From the UHGV virus genome UHGV-1370579: a stretch of DNA of 64,000 bases. The stretch is one strand, 5' to 3'. This DNA is from a virus. Shown here piece after piece: positions 1 to 8,802 of the stretch. Every line of letters starts with the position of its first letter. Position 1 is the first letter of the stretch. A program made the translations under genes and the position numbers. Below the pieces are notes generated by a model. That model had not been told where the DNA came from. It saw only the letters and a list, made by a program, of their open reading frames with translations, and ran no database searches.

Positions 1-87
1 ATCCTTGATCTGCTAAATCGTGCTAATCCTAAAATTGATAACAGTAAAGATACTGTTCTGCGTACCTTACTGGCAATGGGTCTGTAA
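1..87 (+). CDS. 3' end of upstream gene (partial CDS, C-terminus ...RTLLAMGL*)
   Basis: open frame from window edge to TAA at 85-87. Confidence 0.4.
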   Translation: MLDLLNRANPKIDNSKDTVLRTLLAMGL

Positions 88-139
88 TAGACCAACTTTA
101 AACAAATTCAAATCTTAAACTTCATATAAGGAAGAAACA

Positions 140-778
140 ATGACCACTCGTATTTCTAAAACTCGTGCTCTGGCAACCATCAAATCTCTGGAAGCTAAAA
201 TCCGTAAAGCTACTGAACAACAGCTTCTGATCGCTGTTGGTGAAGGTAAGGATAAAAACCAGGTTGTAGTTGGCGCTGCAATCGAAGTAGCTGATCTGTC
301 TACTCGTATTAAGACTGATTTCCAGTCTCTGCTGGATATGATGTCCCAGCGTGACCGAATCAAAGCAGCTTTGATTAAGAGCAATGCGGAAACAATCGTT
401 GAGATTGGTTCTCGTAAAATGACTGTTGCAGAAGCAATTGAAGCTAAGCGTTCTATGGAGCTTAAAGCTCAGTTGCTGGCTAATATGCGTAAGCAGTTCC
501 ATGCCGCTACGGTTAAGTTTAATACGCAGAAAGCACAGTTTGATGCTAAATATGAGCGTTTGCAGGATAGCATGGCTACCCGCGATAAGAAAACTTCCGA
601 AGATGAAGTTAAAATGCAGCTCAACCTGCTGGAACTCAAGAATACCCCATTCTTGATTGACCCGCTGGAGCTGGAAAAGCTGATCAAGCAGCACGACGAA
701 GAATATCAGGACTTTGCAACTAATGTTGACTTTGTTCTGTCTGAGTCTAATGCCTCTACTTTCATTGAAGTAGAGTAA
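140..778 (+). CDS. hypothetical protein (212 aa)
   Basis: long ORF with SD aaggaag 8 nt upstream; codon usage resembles the late genes. Confidence 0.6.
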   Translation: MTTRISKTRALATIKSLEAKIRKATEQQLLIAVGEGKDKNQVVVGAAIEVADLSTRIKTDFQSLLDMMSQRDRIKAALIKSNAETIVEIGSRKMTVAEAIEAKRSMELKAQLLANMRKQFHAATVKFNTQKAQFDAKYERLQDSMATRDKKTSEDEVKMQLNLLELKNTPFLIDPLELEKLIKQHDEEYQDFATNVDFVLSESNASTFIEVE

Positions 779-1160
779 TAATTTAAAAGCTAGTAAATCG
801 GTAGACGAAAGCCCAAGCATCTTACCTCGCAGCAGCGGTTGAAATACGAGGTTAAATAAGACCGCTGACCATACTATAAAGTATAATCTATTGGAGATTA
901 TGTTTATTACATCAGACATTTAATCTGACACGTAAAAACAAAGCGTCGTTGATATTACCGACACAACTTCAAAGATCAACATTTAAGTATGAAAGCTGAA
1001 AAGTTTAAAGAACTCAAACTTCTAAACTTCTAAAGCTAAAAGATGCAAAGTATTCGTTGATGATTCAAACCCTAGATCAAAGGTACATGGCTCATAAGAT
1101 ATGGCCTGTGGCGCCTCTAGGCTGTTTATCGGTTTACTAGTTTCACAATTTAAAAATGTA

Positions 1161-1215
1161 TTTGCTAATTTATTAAGTTATCTGTATAATATATTTTTAA
1201 ATTGATGAAACGAGG
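1161..1215 (+). promoter_or_regulatory. T5-type early promoter/leader module (TTTGCT-N18-TATAAT + aaattgatga leader)
   Basis: tttgct 1161-1166, tataat 1185-1190, A-rich upstream, conserved leader before ATG 1221. Confidence 0.55.
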
Positions 1216-1220
1216 CTATT

Positions 1221-1538
1221 ATGACTTTTCATATTTTGATTGATGATGTGCGTAATCTTCACGGAATGGACATTATCATTCGAACCCCAGAAGCCGCTGT
1301 AGAGTTTCTGAATAAAACTGATACCACAGGCCATTTCGTTTATATGGATAATGACTTGGCTGTAGATGGTATGGAAGGTTATCAAATTCTTCGTTTACTC
1401 TTAGAATTTGGGCAGAGACCAAAGAAAGTGGTACTAGTAACCTCGAACCCAGTAGCTAAGCAAAATATGCGTAATGATTTGCTTGACTTAGGGTATAAAG
1501 AAAATCCCAATCGTGTTGAATATGATTGGCAGGAGTAA
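1221..1538 (+). CDS. hypothetical protein, possible CheY-like receiver fold (105 aa)
   Basis: ORF after promoter; acidic pocket ILIDDV/YMDNDL/VLVTSNP resembles a receiver domain (weak). Confidence 0.45.
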   Translation: MTFHILIDDVRNLHGMDIIIRTPEAAVEFLNKTDTTGHFVYMDNDLAVDGMEGYQILRLLLEFGQRPKKVVLVTSNPVAKQNMRNDLLDLGYKENPNRVEYDWQE

Positions 1539-1543
1539 AAAGA

Positions 1544-1993
1544 ATGAAGGCAGCTTTGCTTTTAGTAGCTGCCCTTACCTTCAGCTTTAGTAGTCAGGCA
1601 TCGCACGATGCAAAAGAAATAGATTGCATTGCTAAAAATATCTATTTCGAAAGTCGTGGTGAGGGCATAAAGGGAATGACGGCGATTGCACATGTTACTA
1701 AAAACCGTGTAAACTCCGGTAAATTCCCAGATTCCTACTGTAAAGTAGTATATCAGTCTAACCAGTTCTCTTGGGTATCTAAGAGACCAAAAGTTGATAA
1801 AACTGATGAGGCTTGGCAAACCGCCAAGAATTTAGCTAGAGTGATATACTACGTTGATTTACCACAAGATCCTACACATGGAGCTTTATACTTCCATAGT
1901 GGTAAAGATAAACCATACTGGACAAAGAAGTTTAAGAAAACAACTAAGATTAAGGGACATACATTTTATAAGCCTGTTGTCACTAAAACTTAA
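1544..1993 (+). CDS. cell wall hydrolase, SleB/Hydrolase_2 family, with signal peptide
   Basis: MKAALLLVAALTFSFSSQA signal; IAKNIYFESRGE...AIAHVTKNR...YCKVVYQSNQFSW is typical of SleB-like cell-wall hydrolases; SD ggag before ATG 1544. Confidence 0.75.
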   Translation: MKAALLLVAALTFSFSSQASHDAKEIDCIAKNIYFESRGEGIKGMTAIAHVTKNRVNSGKFPDSYCKVVYQSNQFSWVSKRPKVDKTDEAWQTAKNLARVIYYVDLPQDPTHGALYFHSGKDKPYWTKKFKKTTKIKGHTFYKPVVTKT

Positions 1994-2000
1994 AAATTTA

Positions 2001-2055
2001 TTTGCTTAAATACTTAAACTTCTGTATAATACTTTCATAAATTAATGAGAGGAAG
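2001..2055 (+). promoter_or_regulatory. T5-type early promoter/leader module
   Basis: tttgct 2001-2006, tataat 2035-2040, leader cataaattaatgagagg. Confidence 0.55.
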
Positions 2056-2061
2056 CGAAAT

Positions 2062-2232
2062 ATGAAATCAGTTGTAATTATTGGTGTTAATACTCGCGGT
2101 ATTCGTACTACGAAAACTGTTAAAACTTCCAACGTTGCTGAGATCACTACGAACCCTAAAAAGTTTGATTTCGCCAAAGTCTCAGCAGTTATGACAGAAC
2201 AATCTTTTAACCAAGCGTTAGGAATGAAATAA
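2062..2232 (+). CDS. small hypothetical protein (56 aa)
   Basis: ATG after conserved leader; stop overlaps next start (taATGg). Confidence 0.4.
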   Translation: MKSVVIIGVNTRGIRTTKTVKTSNVAEITTNPKKFDFAKVSAVMTEQSFNQALGMK

Positions 2233-2675
2233 TGGAAGAGAATATTTTAGATGTTTTGCGTAGAGCTTTGCAGGATTCTAAGTTTAATGGTTCTGATAAA
2301 GAAGTCGCTAAAAGCTACCAGACCATAATCGGGGATCTTCAGCGTATTGATAAAGATTTCATCACTTCTGAACAATTTGTGTCTTATCTCAAAGCTCAAC
2401 TAAAAAGCATTAACCAGATGAAAGCTAAACTTCATGGTCAAGATCTTGATAGTTATAGCTTGCAGTCCGCTCAGTATGAATACATTCTAAATAAGTGGTT
2501 GCAGGAGTATCTGCCTCCCCAGTTATCTGATACTGAGATTCGTAAATACTTTGCAGAATTAGTTAAGCTAAACCCTGGAATTACAAAAGGTATGCTGATG
2601 AAAGCGATTAAGGAAGAATTTCCTGGGCGTTATGATGGTGGTACTGCTGCTCAGATTGCTGGCGAATTTAATTAA
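2232..2675 (+). CDS. GatB/YqeY-domain protein
   Basis: C-terminal DTEIRKYFAELVKLNPGITKGMLMKAIKEEFPGRYDGGTAAQIAGE matches the YqeY/GatB C-terminal domain. Confidence 0.65.
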   Translation: MEENILDVLRRALQDSKFNGSDKEVAKSYQTIIGDLQRIDKDFITSEQFVSYLKAQLKSINQMKAKLHGQDLDSYSLQSAQYEYILNKWLQEYLPPQLSDTEIRKYFAELVKLNPGITKGMLMKAIKEEFPGRYDGGTAAQIAGEFN

Positions 2676-2682
2676 AAATTTA

Positions 2683-2730
2683 TTTGCTAAATGCCTATAA
2701 ATTCTGTATAATATATTCATAAATTAGAGA
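2683..2730 (+). promoter_or_regulatory. T5-type early promoter module preceding tRNA/ncRNA region
   Basis: tttgct 2683-2688, tataat 2707-2712. Confidence 0.55.
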
Positions 2731-2739
2731 ACAGCGAGC

Positions 2740-3510
2740 CGATTACGCTGAGTGCAGAATCCCAACCGGAGCGCATTGAATAGAGTCGGTGGGTTAGTTG
2801 GAAAACTAGTACACAGGGGGCGGCAATCCCGGTTAGTGGCTAGAACGTGTAAAATGGGGCGTCTGAAACCTCTCCCCTAAACTCTTCTCTAATTTACTGA
2901 TAGTGGGGTGTGGAAATCACTTATGTAGTAACACTGCCGATCTAGTATAAAACGGTATTATCAAGCCGTAACTGGTGGAAGATGTAGGTTCGAATCCTAC
3001 GGTCGGTAAGAACTGGATAACTGGTGCTTTTAATGTAAAAGCTTCCGAGGTTAGTTGCGCACTGCCTAAACCACGCGGTAGTTGGTTCCAGACTAACCAA
3101 CCAGTCTGCTGAATAGTTTTATTACGATTTAACTATGTCCAGGCTAAAGAAGAACTTTAGAAGGTATTCTAGGATAGTGAAGTTCTTTCTCCATATCGGA
3201 GTAGTTTTTCAAACTATCCACAAAGTGGGAAATGCTGGCATGAGAGATGCCACTAATGGTGCACAATAGCACAGGTAATTCGCGATAACTCCTGTTGAGT
3301 AGCAGCAAAAAGGTGGGGAGTCATGACCCTAACCTAACCGAGTCCTCAGTATACCGCAGGACATAACCACTAAGTCACCTTGACTTAAACTGGAAAATAA
3401 TAGACGTTACTGTATTTTGTCTTGAAATACTTAATGAGTGAGACTTATGACTCTCCCGGTATCGTCTGTATTTTTAAGAGTTTTTACGAGAGTTCTTAAA
3501 AATACTTAAA
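2740..3510 (+). other. structured non-coding region (about 770 nt, several strong hairpins, no credible ORF)
   Basis: hairpins tgcttttaatgtaaaagc (about 3026), agaagaactt...aagttcttct (3145-3192), gtatttttaagag...ctcttaaaaatac (3457-3506); one embedded tRNA-like T-arm. Confidence 0.4.
2936..3008 (+). tRNA. tRNA-like element (canonical T-arm gtagg-ttcgaat-cctac, acceptor gccgatc/ggtcggt, no encoded CCA; anticodon arm not resolved)
   Basis: T-arm and acceptor pairing visible; D/anticodon arms do not fold canonically. Possible pseudo-tRNA. Confidence 0.35.
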
Positions 3511-3585
3511 CGGGGTGTAGTCTAAGGGAGAGGCAGGAGTCTTCTAAATTCCTTTATGCAGGTTCGAATCCTGTCACCTCGGCCA
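3511..3585 (+). tRNA. tRNA-Arg(TCT)
   Basis: acceptor cggggtg/cacctcg, anticodon stem ggagt/attcc with loop cttctaa, T-arm gcagg-ttcgaat-cctgt, CCA encoded. Confidence 0.8.
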
Positions 3586-3619
3586 ATTTTATTAACTGTA
3601 ACTAAAACAAAGGAAATAT

Positions 3620-4567
3620 ATGTCTAATACTAAAAATATGAAAGAACTGACTTCTGAGCAAAAAGTAATTCGCACTATTAAACGTTGGAGTATTGGTGCT
3701 GTAGTTGGTTTAGCAGGTTTAATCCTAGCTTTTAATTCATATACTATTGTTTCTGATGGTACGGTTAAAACCCAAACATTTCTAGGTAAAGTAGATCCTA
3801 ACCCAGTATTACCTGGTTTCCATCTTGTAAACCCATTTGCATCTTTCGATACTTTTAGTACAAAAGATATTGCTGTAAAATTAGATAAACTTCAGGTTCC
3901 TAGCCAGGATAAGTTTAAATCCACTGTTGACCTGACTGTTATGTTACAGTTTGATGGTTCTAAGGCACCGATTAACCGTATTAACGCAGGCACCCAGGAT
4001 CAAGCACTAGACAAATATGTAACTGAAAAATTACTGTCTACTATTCGTGAGTTTGGTAAGTCTGTACCTAAAGCACAAGATTTGTTTGACGCTAAAATTC
4101 AGGCTCAATTACAAACCGCAATTCAACAGGAAGTTGAAGAGTATGCACGCCCCTATGGTTACACAGTTAAGCAAGTGTTCCTTCAGGATATTACATTGCC
4201 ACCGGTAATCATGGAACAGGTACAGAATACCAAAGTTCGTGAAGAACAAGTTAATGCTGCGAAAGCTGAATTGGCTCGTGTTGAACAAGAAGCACAGCAG
4301 AAGGTTAAACAAGCAGAAGCAGATCGTGAAGCTCGTAACAACCAAGCTATTGCAAACGAACGTGATGCGGACGCTAAACTGTACGCAGCTAAGAAAGAAG
4401 CTGAAGCTAACGCCGCTCTGCAACGTACTATTACTCCTGAGATGATTCGCTGGAAGCAACTAGAGGTTGAAATGATTCGTGCCCAGAAGTATCAAGGTGG
4501 CGTACCGCAGACTGTGGTTGGCACTGGTTATGATGGCCAGATGATTATGGATATGCGTAATAAGTAA
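3620..4567 (+). CDS. SPFH/Band-7 (prohibitin/HflK-like) domain membrane protein
   Basis: N-terminal TM segment, then SPFH-like core and a long Ala/Glu/Gln-rich coiled coil (AKAELARVEQEAQQKVKQAEADREAR). Confidence 0.75.
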   Translation: MSNTKNMKELTSEQKVIRTIKRWSIGAVVGLAGLILAFNSYTIVSDGTVKTQTFLGKVDPNPVLPGFHLVNPFASFDTFSTKDIAVKLDKLQVPSQDKFKSTVDLTVMLQFDGSKAPINRINAGTQDQALDKYVTEKLLSTIREFGKSVPKAQDLFDAKIQAQLQTAIQQEVEEYARPYGYTVKQVFLQDITLPPVIMEQVQNTKVREEQVNAAKAELARVEQEAQQKVKQAEADREARNNQAIANERDADAKLYAAKKEAEANAALQRTITPEMIRWKQLEVEMIRAQKYQGGVPQTVVGTGYDGQMIMDMRNK

Positions 4568-4592
4568 TACCCACACGTAATATTCGAAGTAA

Positions 4593-4625
4593 GCCCTGCG
4601 TTCCCTGGAGAGCGCAGGGCTTTTC
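4593..4625 (+). terminator. rho-independent terminator
   Basis: gccctgcg...cgcagggc stem followed by tttt. Confidence 0.7.
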
Positions 4626-4644
4626 TGTACTTAAGATAAAAGAA

Positions 4645-4678
4645 AAGCCCCTAAGTCTTTCGACTAGGGGCTTTTTAT
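4645..4678. terminator. second hairpin terminator (candidate bidirectional, between convergent genes)
   Basis: aaaagcccctag...ctaggggcttttt. Confidence 0.65.
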
Positions 4679-4892
4679 TATTGGTTCTTTAGAACCATAT
4701 ACTCTTGTTACAGCAACCACCCATACGGGAGGCCAATCTTGACTGAAAATCTACTCTAGGGGGCAGGATAAGAGTAGGCTTAAAGGCAAAGGGATTGAAC
4801 GCCGGTATTTGTGTAAACATTGCTGGAGAGCAACAACGTGCTACAGGCATTGGGCAGCACGAAACAGATTTTCTGCAACACATAATTCCTCC

Positions 4893-5309
4893 TTAGGAGT
4901 TATTACCGCTATTTTGAGCTTTTGCAATTTGGCTTTGGCAGAAGCTATTAAACTTACCCATAAGTGATACAAGCTGCTTTCCATCCTCTGTCTTTGCGAA
5001 GTCTTCGAAAAGGGCTAGTACTGCCTGTCCTTCCGCAGAAACCTGCGGTTGTTGGGTTTGCTGCTGAACTTGCTGCTGAGCCACCTGTTGATGCATTTGT
5101 TGAGGCATTTGCGACTGCCCACTCATTTGCTGCATCATTTGCATAGGACTCACACTTCCAGGGTTTTGCTGGAGTTGTTGCTGCATCTGTTGCGCTTCTG
5201 CTAAACGCTGTTGCAACTGTTGTAGGTAAGGATTATCCAGACCCGGAACGGGCTGCTGGGAGCCCATTGGTTGATTAAATCCGTTGTTCACAAAACCATA
5301 TTTACTCAT
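4893..5309 (-). CDS. Gln-rich hypothetical protein (138 aa)
   Basis: minus-strand ORF, low-complexity QQ/MQ-rich protein; SD ggagga upstream on minus strand. Confidence 0.55.
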   Translation of the reverse strand: MSKYGFVNNGFNQPMGSQQPVPGLDNPYLQQLQQRLAEAQQMQQQLQQNPGSVSPMQMMQQMSGQSQMPQQMHQQVAQQQVQQQTQQPQVSAEGQAVLALFEDFAKTEDGKQLVSLMGKFNSFCQSQIAKAQNSGNNS

Positions 5310-5330
5310 AATGGGCTCCTCCCCTTAATT

Positions 5331-6311
5331 TTAAGCCGGCAGTTTAGCCTGCAGACCAGCCAGAGTCTGAGTGATAGCACCAAGACTTACAGCGATTTGG
5401 TTGATTACCTGACCATTTGCACCGCTACCTGCAGCGATTGCTTCGCGCAGACGGCATTCATTCAGTTCGTCCTGGATACGTGCAGTAGTTACACCAGCGA
5501 TCGCAGTCTGAAGCTCACAGCAACATTCAGCAAGCTGACGTTCGATAGCGTTCTGGTTAGCGCACATCTGAGCCTGAACAGCGGCAAACTGGTTGTTGGT
5601 CTGAATAGACTGCTGGAAAGCAATCTGAGCAGAGTCAAACTTATCTTGAGCACGTGCTATCTGGTTAGCAGCGAAAGATTGATCCATCTGACGAGAAAGA
5701 TCGAACTGACCCTGAATAACGTTACGAGTTTCAGCACAGATCTGGTTTGACAGATTAGCACCTGTACCGTAGATAGTAGTCAGAACTTGCTGAGTGCTAG
5801 CAGCTTGAGCAGCTCCCACACCGTTTACTGCACTTAGAACAGCCCCAGTGCCCTGGTTAGCTTCTGTACGAGTAGTATTGATTGCAGCTAGAATACTTGC
5901 AGTATCCTGGTTAGAAAGGATCGCGTCCACAGCGGTTCCTTCAGCGGCAACGCCAGCACCACGACCAAAACCACCAAAACCACCAAATCCGCCGGTTAAT
6001 AGAGCACCGATTAGGATAGCTCCGAATAGACCCATACCTTCTCCACCGAAAGCACTTGCGTTAGCTGGGAATGCACCCATGCCAGGGAAGCCGTTAGTAA
6101 ATACGTTTACTGGTTCTTGCATTTTATATTTTCCATATTTATGACAACGTACATCATCGTCATCTTCTTCATCTTTATCATCGTGTTCACGATGTTCTTC
6201 TTCGTAGGCTCTGACCTTCTCCCACTTTTTCTTATCTGATTCCTCGTGACGATGCAGTTCTGCTGCTACGCTAGCGACGGTTTCAGGACTCTTAGCTACT
6301 TCTTCTGTCAT
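5331..6311 (-). CDS. Gly-rich putative membrane protein (about 326 aa from MTEEV start)
   Basis: minus-strand ORF; acidic N-terminus, GFGGFGGFG glycine zipper and hydrophobic segment, Ala/Gln-rich C-terminus; internal ATG with SD aggagg chosen as start. Confidence 0.55.
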   Translation of the reverse strand: MTEEVAKSPETVASVAAELHRHEESDKKKWEKVRAYEEEHREHDDKDEEDDDDVRCHKYGKYKMQEPVNVFTNGFPGMGAFPANASAFGGEGMGLFGAILIGALLTGGFGGFGGFGRGAGVAAEGTAVDAILSNQDTASILAAINTTRTEANQGTGAVLSAVNGVGAAQAASTQQVLTTIYGTGANLSNQICAETRNVIQGQFDLSRQMDQSFAANQIARAQDKFDSAQIAFQQSIQTNNQFAAVQAQMCANQNAIERQLAECCCELQTAIAGVTTARIQDELNECRLREAIAAGSGANGQVINQIAVSLGAITQTLAGLQAKLPA

Positions 6312-6524
6312 TTTTTGACACCTCCTAGTATATAGAAAATGTGTGTCTCTTTGATCACTCATCCATAACATATACTTTACACTACCCCAGCAAAAATGTC
6401 AAGGGGTCTTTAAAAATTACCCACAGATTTTTAGTGGGGTCACAAATTTTGGTCCTCACCACTTATCTGCTACCCTTAAGTGCCCTATGATTTTCCTCTA
6501 AAAAGTTAAAAAATTTGATTGCTT

Positions 6525-6570
6525 GAATGCTAAATTCTCTGTATAATATATCTATAAATTTGAGAGAGGA
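6525..6570 (+). promoter_or_regulatory. T5-type early promoter module
   Basis: ttgattgct -35 region, tataat 6542-6547, leader ataaatttgagagagg. Confidence 0.5.
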
Positions 6571-6577
6571 ACCAAAT

Positions 6578-7096
6578 ATGAATGTTGATGAGCTAACACA
6601 GCACCTCTTATCTAGAGGATTTGATACAGAAAAATATCATTGCTGGTTAAGTCCGGAAGGATGGCTAACAGTCCCGTTATATGATTTCTCTGGGATGTTG
6701 AGGGGCTATCAAACTTATAATCCTTCTGCTCCAAAAGGTCATGGTAAGTGTCCCTTTGAAGCTAAATATTTTACTTATTCTACTACCCAGTGTGTATGGG
6801 GACTAGAAACTCTCAATGGAGATGAAAAAGTAGTATTGATCGCTGAATCTGTATTTAAGGCAGTTGCGTTACATAACGCTGGTTATCCAGCGCTAGCAAT
6901 GTTGGGCTCTTCTCCAGGAAAAGCGTTATTAAAGCAACTGAAATTATTACCTTTTAAATTGGTAGCTGTCGGGGATAATGATCCTGCGGGTGAAAAATTT
7001 GCTAGAAAATTAAACGGCTTTGTTTCTCCTGTAGATGTAGATGAGATGTCTACCGAAAACTTGAAAAATTTTCTTGCTATGAAGCTAAATTTCTAA
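6578..7096 (+). CDS. Toprim-domain protein (primase-like catalytic core)
   Basis: VVLIAESVFKAVALHNAG ... AVGDNDPAGEKFARKL matches the Toprim E...DxD motifs; start at ATG 6578 after the conserved leader. Confidence 0.6.
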   Translation: MNVDELTQHLLSRGFDTEKYHCWLSPEGWLTVPLYDFSGMLRGYQTYNPSAPKGHGKCPFEAKYFTYSTTQCVWGLETLNGDEKVVLIAESVFKAVALHNAGYPALAMLGSSPGKALLKQLKLLPFKLVAVGDNDPAGEKFARKLNGFVSPVDVDEMSTENLKNFLAMKLNF

Positions 7097-7117
7097 TATA
7101 ATATATCTTATAAATTC

Positions 7118-7206
7118 GGAAGAATAGCATAACGGTATTGCAGCAGATTGCTAATCTGTCGGTTTGAAATATAGCCTTGTGGGTTCGATTCCCACTTCTT
7201 CCGCCA
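7118..7206 (+). tRNA. tRNA-Ser(GCT), type II with long variable arm
   Basis: acceptor ggaagaa/ttcttcc, 3-bp D stem, anticodon stem gcaga/tctgt with loop ttgctaa, T-arm gtggg-ttcgatt-cccac, CCA. Confidence 0.75.
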
Positions 7207-7212
7207 AATTCT

Positions 7213-7290
7213 GGTTCTCAAGCTCATATGGTATGAGCACCCAGCTCATAACTGGAAGGTACGTAGGTTCGAATCCTCGGGGAGCCACCA
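7213..7290 (+). tRNA. tRNA-Met/Ile2-like (CAT) with bulged T-stem
   Basis: acceptor ggttctc/gggagcc, D arm gctc..gagc, anticodon loop ctcataa; T-stem cg(t)agg/cctcg needs a bulged T. Possibly a degenerate copy. Confidence 0.5.
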
Positions 7291-7309
7291 ACTTAATTAG
7301 GGGATTACA

Positions 7310-7499
7310 AGTGGAATTATACATAGTTTATGTTGTGTTTATTCAAGATAGAGAATACCCTGATGAATATAAAAAAGGATATAGGTTAGCCAGAGCCACC
7401 TCTGAAGCCCAAGCTATGGATAAAGTGGCAGATTATATGATTACGGTAGAAAACGTACACTATATCGACTACCTTGAGGCCTCAAAAGTAATTGACTAA
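7310..7499 (+). CDS. small hypothetical protein (GTG start, about 62 aa)
   Basis: 3' part of six-frame ORF 7164-7499; the 5' part overlaps two tRNAs so the true start must be downstream. Confidence 0.3.
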
Positions 7500-7506
7500 G
7501 TTACAC

Positions 7507-7583
7507 GGGGGTGTAATCGAATTGGCATAGGTACTGGACTTAAAATTCAGGTTTTGTGGGTTCGAATCCCACCACCCCTACCA
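7507..7583 (+). tRNA. tRNA, anticodon read as TAA (Leu-UUA) but with short variable arm; assignment uncertain
   Basis: acceptor gggggtg/cacccct, anticodon stem ctgga/ttcag with loop cttaaaa, T-arm gtggg-ttcgaat-cccac, CCA; D arm does not fold cleanly. Confidence 0.5.
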
Positions 7584-7599
7584 AATTAAGGAAATAAGA

Positions 7600-7758
7600 T
7601 GTATAGACATCCACCTCCGCCAACACGTCGTTCTAGGGAAATCATCCTCATGGAATTGACGAAAAACTTCAAGGCGACCCTTGAGGATAGAGACTTAGGC
7701 ACAGATGAAGACGTTGATTTCATCTGTAAACTATTAAAAATGAAACTGGAGAAATAAC
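7600..7758 (+). CDS. small hypothetical protein (52 aa)
   Basis: ATG with SD aaggaaataag upstream, abuts next ORF. Confidence 0.35.
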
Positions 7759-7965
7759 ATGGCTAATCCTGAAATTACCATGCAACGATTCATGGCTAAA
7801 GGCATGATAGCCGAGGCAGGCATTGAACAAGAAGTAAAAAGTTATTACGAACAGATTAAGGATATTATAGACTCTGCTAAAAACACCGGAGAAAAAGAAC
7901 ACGGTGCAGCAATTATGGCTATAACTCTTATTAGTCTAGACTTGGCCGAAAAATCTGGAGTTTAG
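7759..7965 (+). CDS. hypothetical protein (68 aa)
   Basis: ORF with ggagaaataacATG. Confidence 0.5.
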   Translation: MANPEITMQRFMAKGMIAEAGIEQEVKSYYEQIKDIIDSAKNTGEKEHGAAIMAITLISLDLAEKSGV

Positions 7966-7993
7966 CTCCTCCAAACAGAATTTTTAAAAATGT

Positions 7994-8045
7994 ACTTGCC
8001 TTTTACTTTAAATTTCTGGTATAATAGTTATATAGATTGATGAAG
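7994..8045 (+). promoter_or_regulatory. T5-type early promoter module
   Basis: acttgcc -35-like, tggtataat extended -10 at 8017-8025, leader tagattgatgaaggag. Confidence 0.5.
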
Positions 8046-8055
8046 GAGTTAATTA

Positions 8056-8331
8056 ATGCAAAATCGTGTTGTAGCAACTGGTATTGAAAGTGCAATCTGC
8101 AAATCCTGGGAAGACTGGGAAGGTGAGATTGAGTGGCTCTATCTCTATAACGTAGAGCTTTTACCGGAAGTTAAAGCTAAATGTATTGAAGCTGGCATGG
8201 CTCCAGATGCAAAAGCTGATATTGATATTTTAATGTCTGAACTTAAAGGTCGTGTAGTTACCGTTAGTAATGAGGGCGAAGAAGTTTTCGAACTTCCGTT
8301 CTCCTTAACTGTCACTCCTAAGTTCGACTAA
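8056..8331 (+). CDS. hypothetical protein (91 aa)
   Basis: ORF after promoter module. Confidence 0.55.
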   Translation: MQNRVVATGIESAICKSWEDWEGEIEWLYLYNVELLPEVKAKCIEAGMAPDAKADIDILMSELKGRVVTVSNEGEEVFELPFSLTVTPKFD

Positions 8332-8362
8332 CTAATACAGCACTGAGCAAGTTCTTTAAAAT

Positions 8363-8410
8363 TTGACTTGCTCAGTGCCTTAAAACTTGGTATAATAGTT
8401 ATCTAATTCG
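8363..8410 (+). promoter_or_regulatory. T5-type early promoter module (-35 embedded in hairpin 8338-8378)
   Basis: ttgact 8363-8368, tggtataat 8388-8396. Confidence 0.5.
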
Positions 8411-8459
8411 GAAACATATTTAAAAGTGTTTAAACTAGTATTTGAATACTTTTAAATAT

Positions 8460-8550
8460 GTTGGATTAGTATCGTAGAGGTAGCGAAGCAGACTGTAAAT
8501 CTGCCGACTCGGAAGGGTCTCGGGTGGTTCGACTCCATCATCCAACACCA
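8460..8550 (+). tRNA. tRNA-Tyr(GTA), type II
   Basis: acceptor gttggat/atccaac, anticodon stem gcaga/tctgc with loop ctgtaaa, long variable arm, T-arm ggtgg-ttcgact-ccatc, CCA. Confidence 0.8.
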
Positions 8551-8557
8551 AATTTAA

Positions 8558-8634
8558 GTCCTGTTAGACAAACTGGTAAAGTCACTACCCTTTCAAGGTA
8601 GGATTTGCGGGTTCGATCCCCGCACAGGACGCCA
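8558..8634 (+). tRNA. tRNA-Glu(TTC)
   Basis: acceptor gtcctgt/acaggac (perfect), anticodon stem ctacc/ggtag with loop ctttcaa, T-arm gcggg-ttcgatc-cccgc, CCA. Confidence 0.85.
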
Positions 8635-8642
8635 ATTTCTGC

Positions 8643-8719
8643 ATTCCTAGAGTGTTACTGGACAGCATGTCGGTCTCCAAAACCGTACGGTCTAGGTTCG
8701 AGTCCTAGTAGGTTTGCCA
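8643..8719 (+). tRNA. tRNA-Trp(CCA)-like (weak acceptor stem)
   Basis: anticodon stem tcggt/accgt with loop ctccaaa, T-arm ctagg-ttcgagt-cctag, CCA; acceptor attccta/taggttt has two U-U mismatches. Confidence 0.5.
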
Positions 8720-8725
8720 AAATTT

Positions 8726-8800
8726 GCACCTTTAGCTGAGATGGATTAGCGCTTGCCTGAAGAGCTTGAGAGGTTCGTTCGATACGAACAGGGTGCACCA
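8726..8800 (+). tRNA. tRNA-Phe(GAA)-like
   Basis: acceptor gcacctt/agggtgc, T-arm gttcg-ttcgata-cgaac, CCA; anticodon loop ctgaaga in a weak stem. Confidence 0.55.
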
Positions 8801-8802
8801 AA

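Noticed and set aside
4109-4459. ORFs nested inside the SPFH gene (both strands)
   Set aside because: They are embedded in a strongly supported long CDS, and the translations are low complexity.
7118-7206. Anticodon CTA (amber suppressor) reading for this tRNA
   Set aside because: That register puts G at position 33 and uses a shifted stem. The register with U33/A37 gives loop ttGCTaa, i.e. tRNA-Ser(GCU), which fits the long variable arm.
7507-7583. Interpreting the TAA anticodon as an ochre suppressor
   Set aside because: Anticodon UAA pairs with codon UUA (Leu), not a stop codon. The uncertainty is about the isotype and D arm, not suppression.
8338-8378. Hairpin gcactgagcaag...cttgctcagtgc as a terminator
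   Set aside because: No U-tract follows and the 3' arm contains the -35 of the next promoter. It is kept only as a note within the promoter feature.
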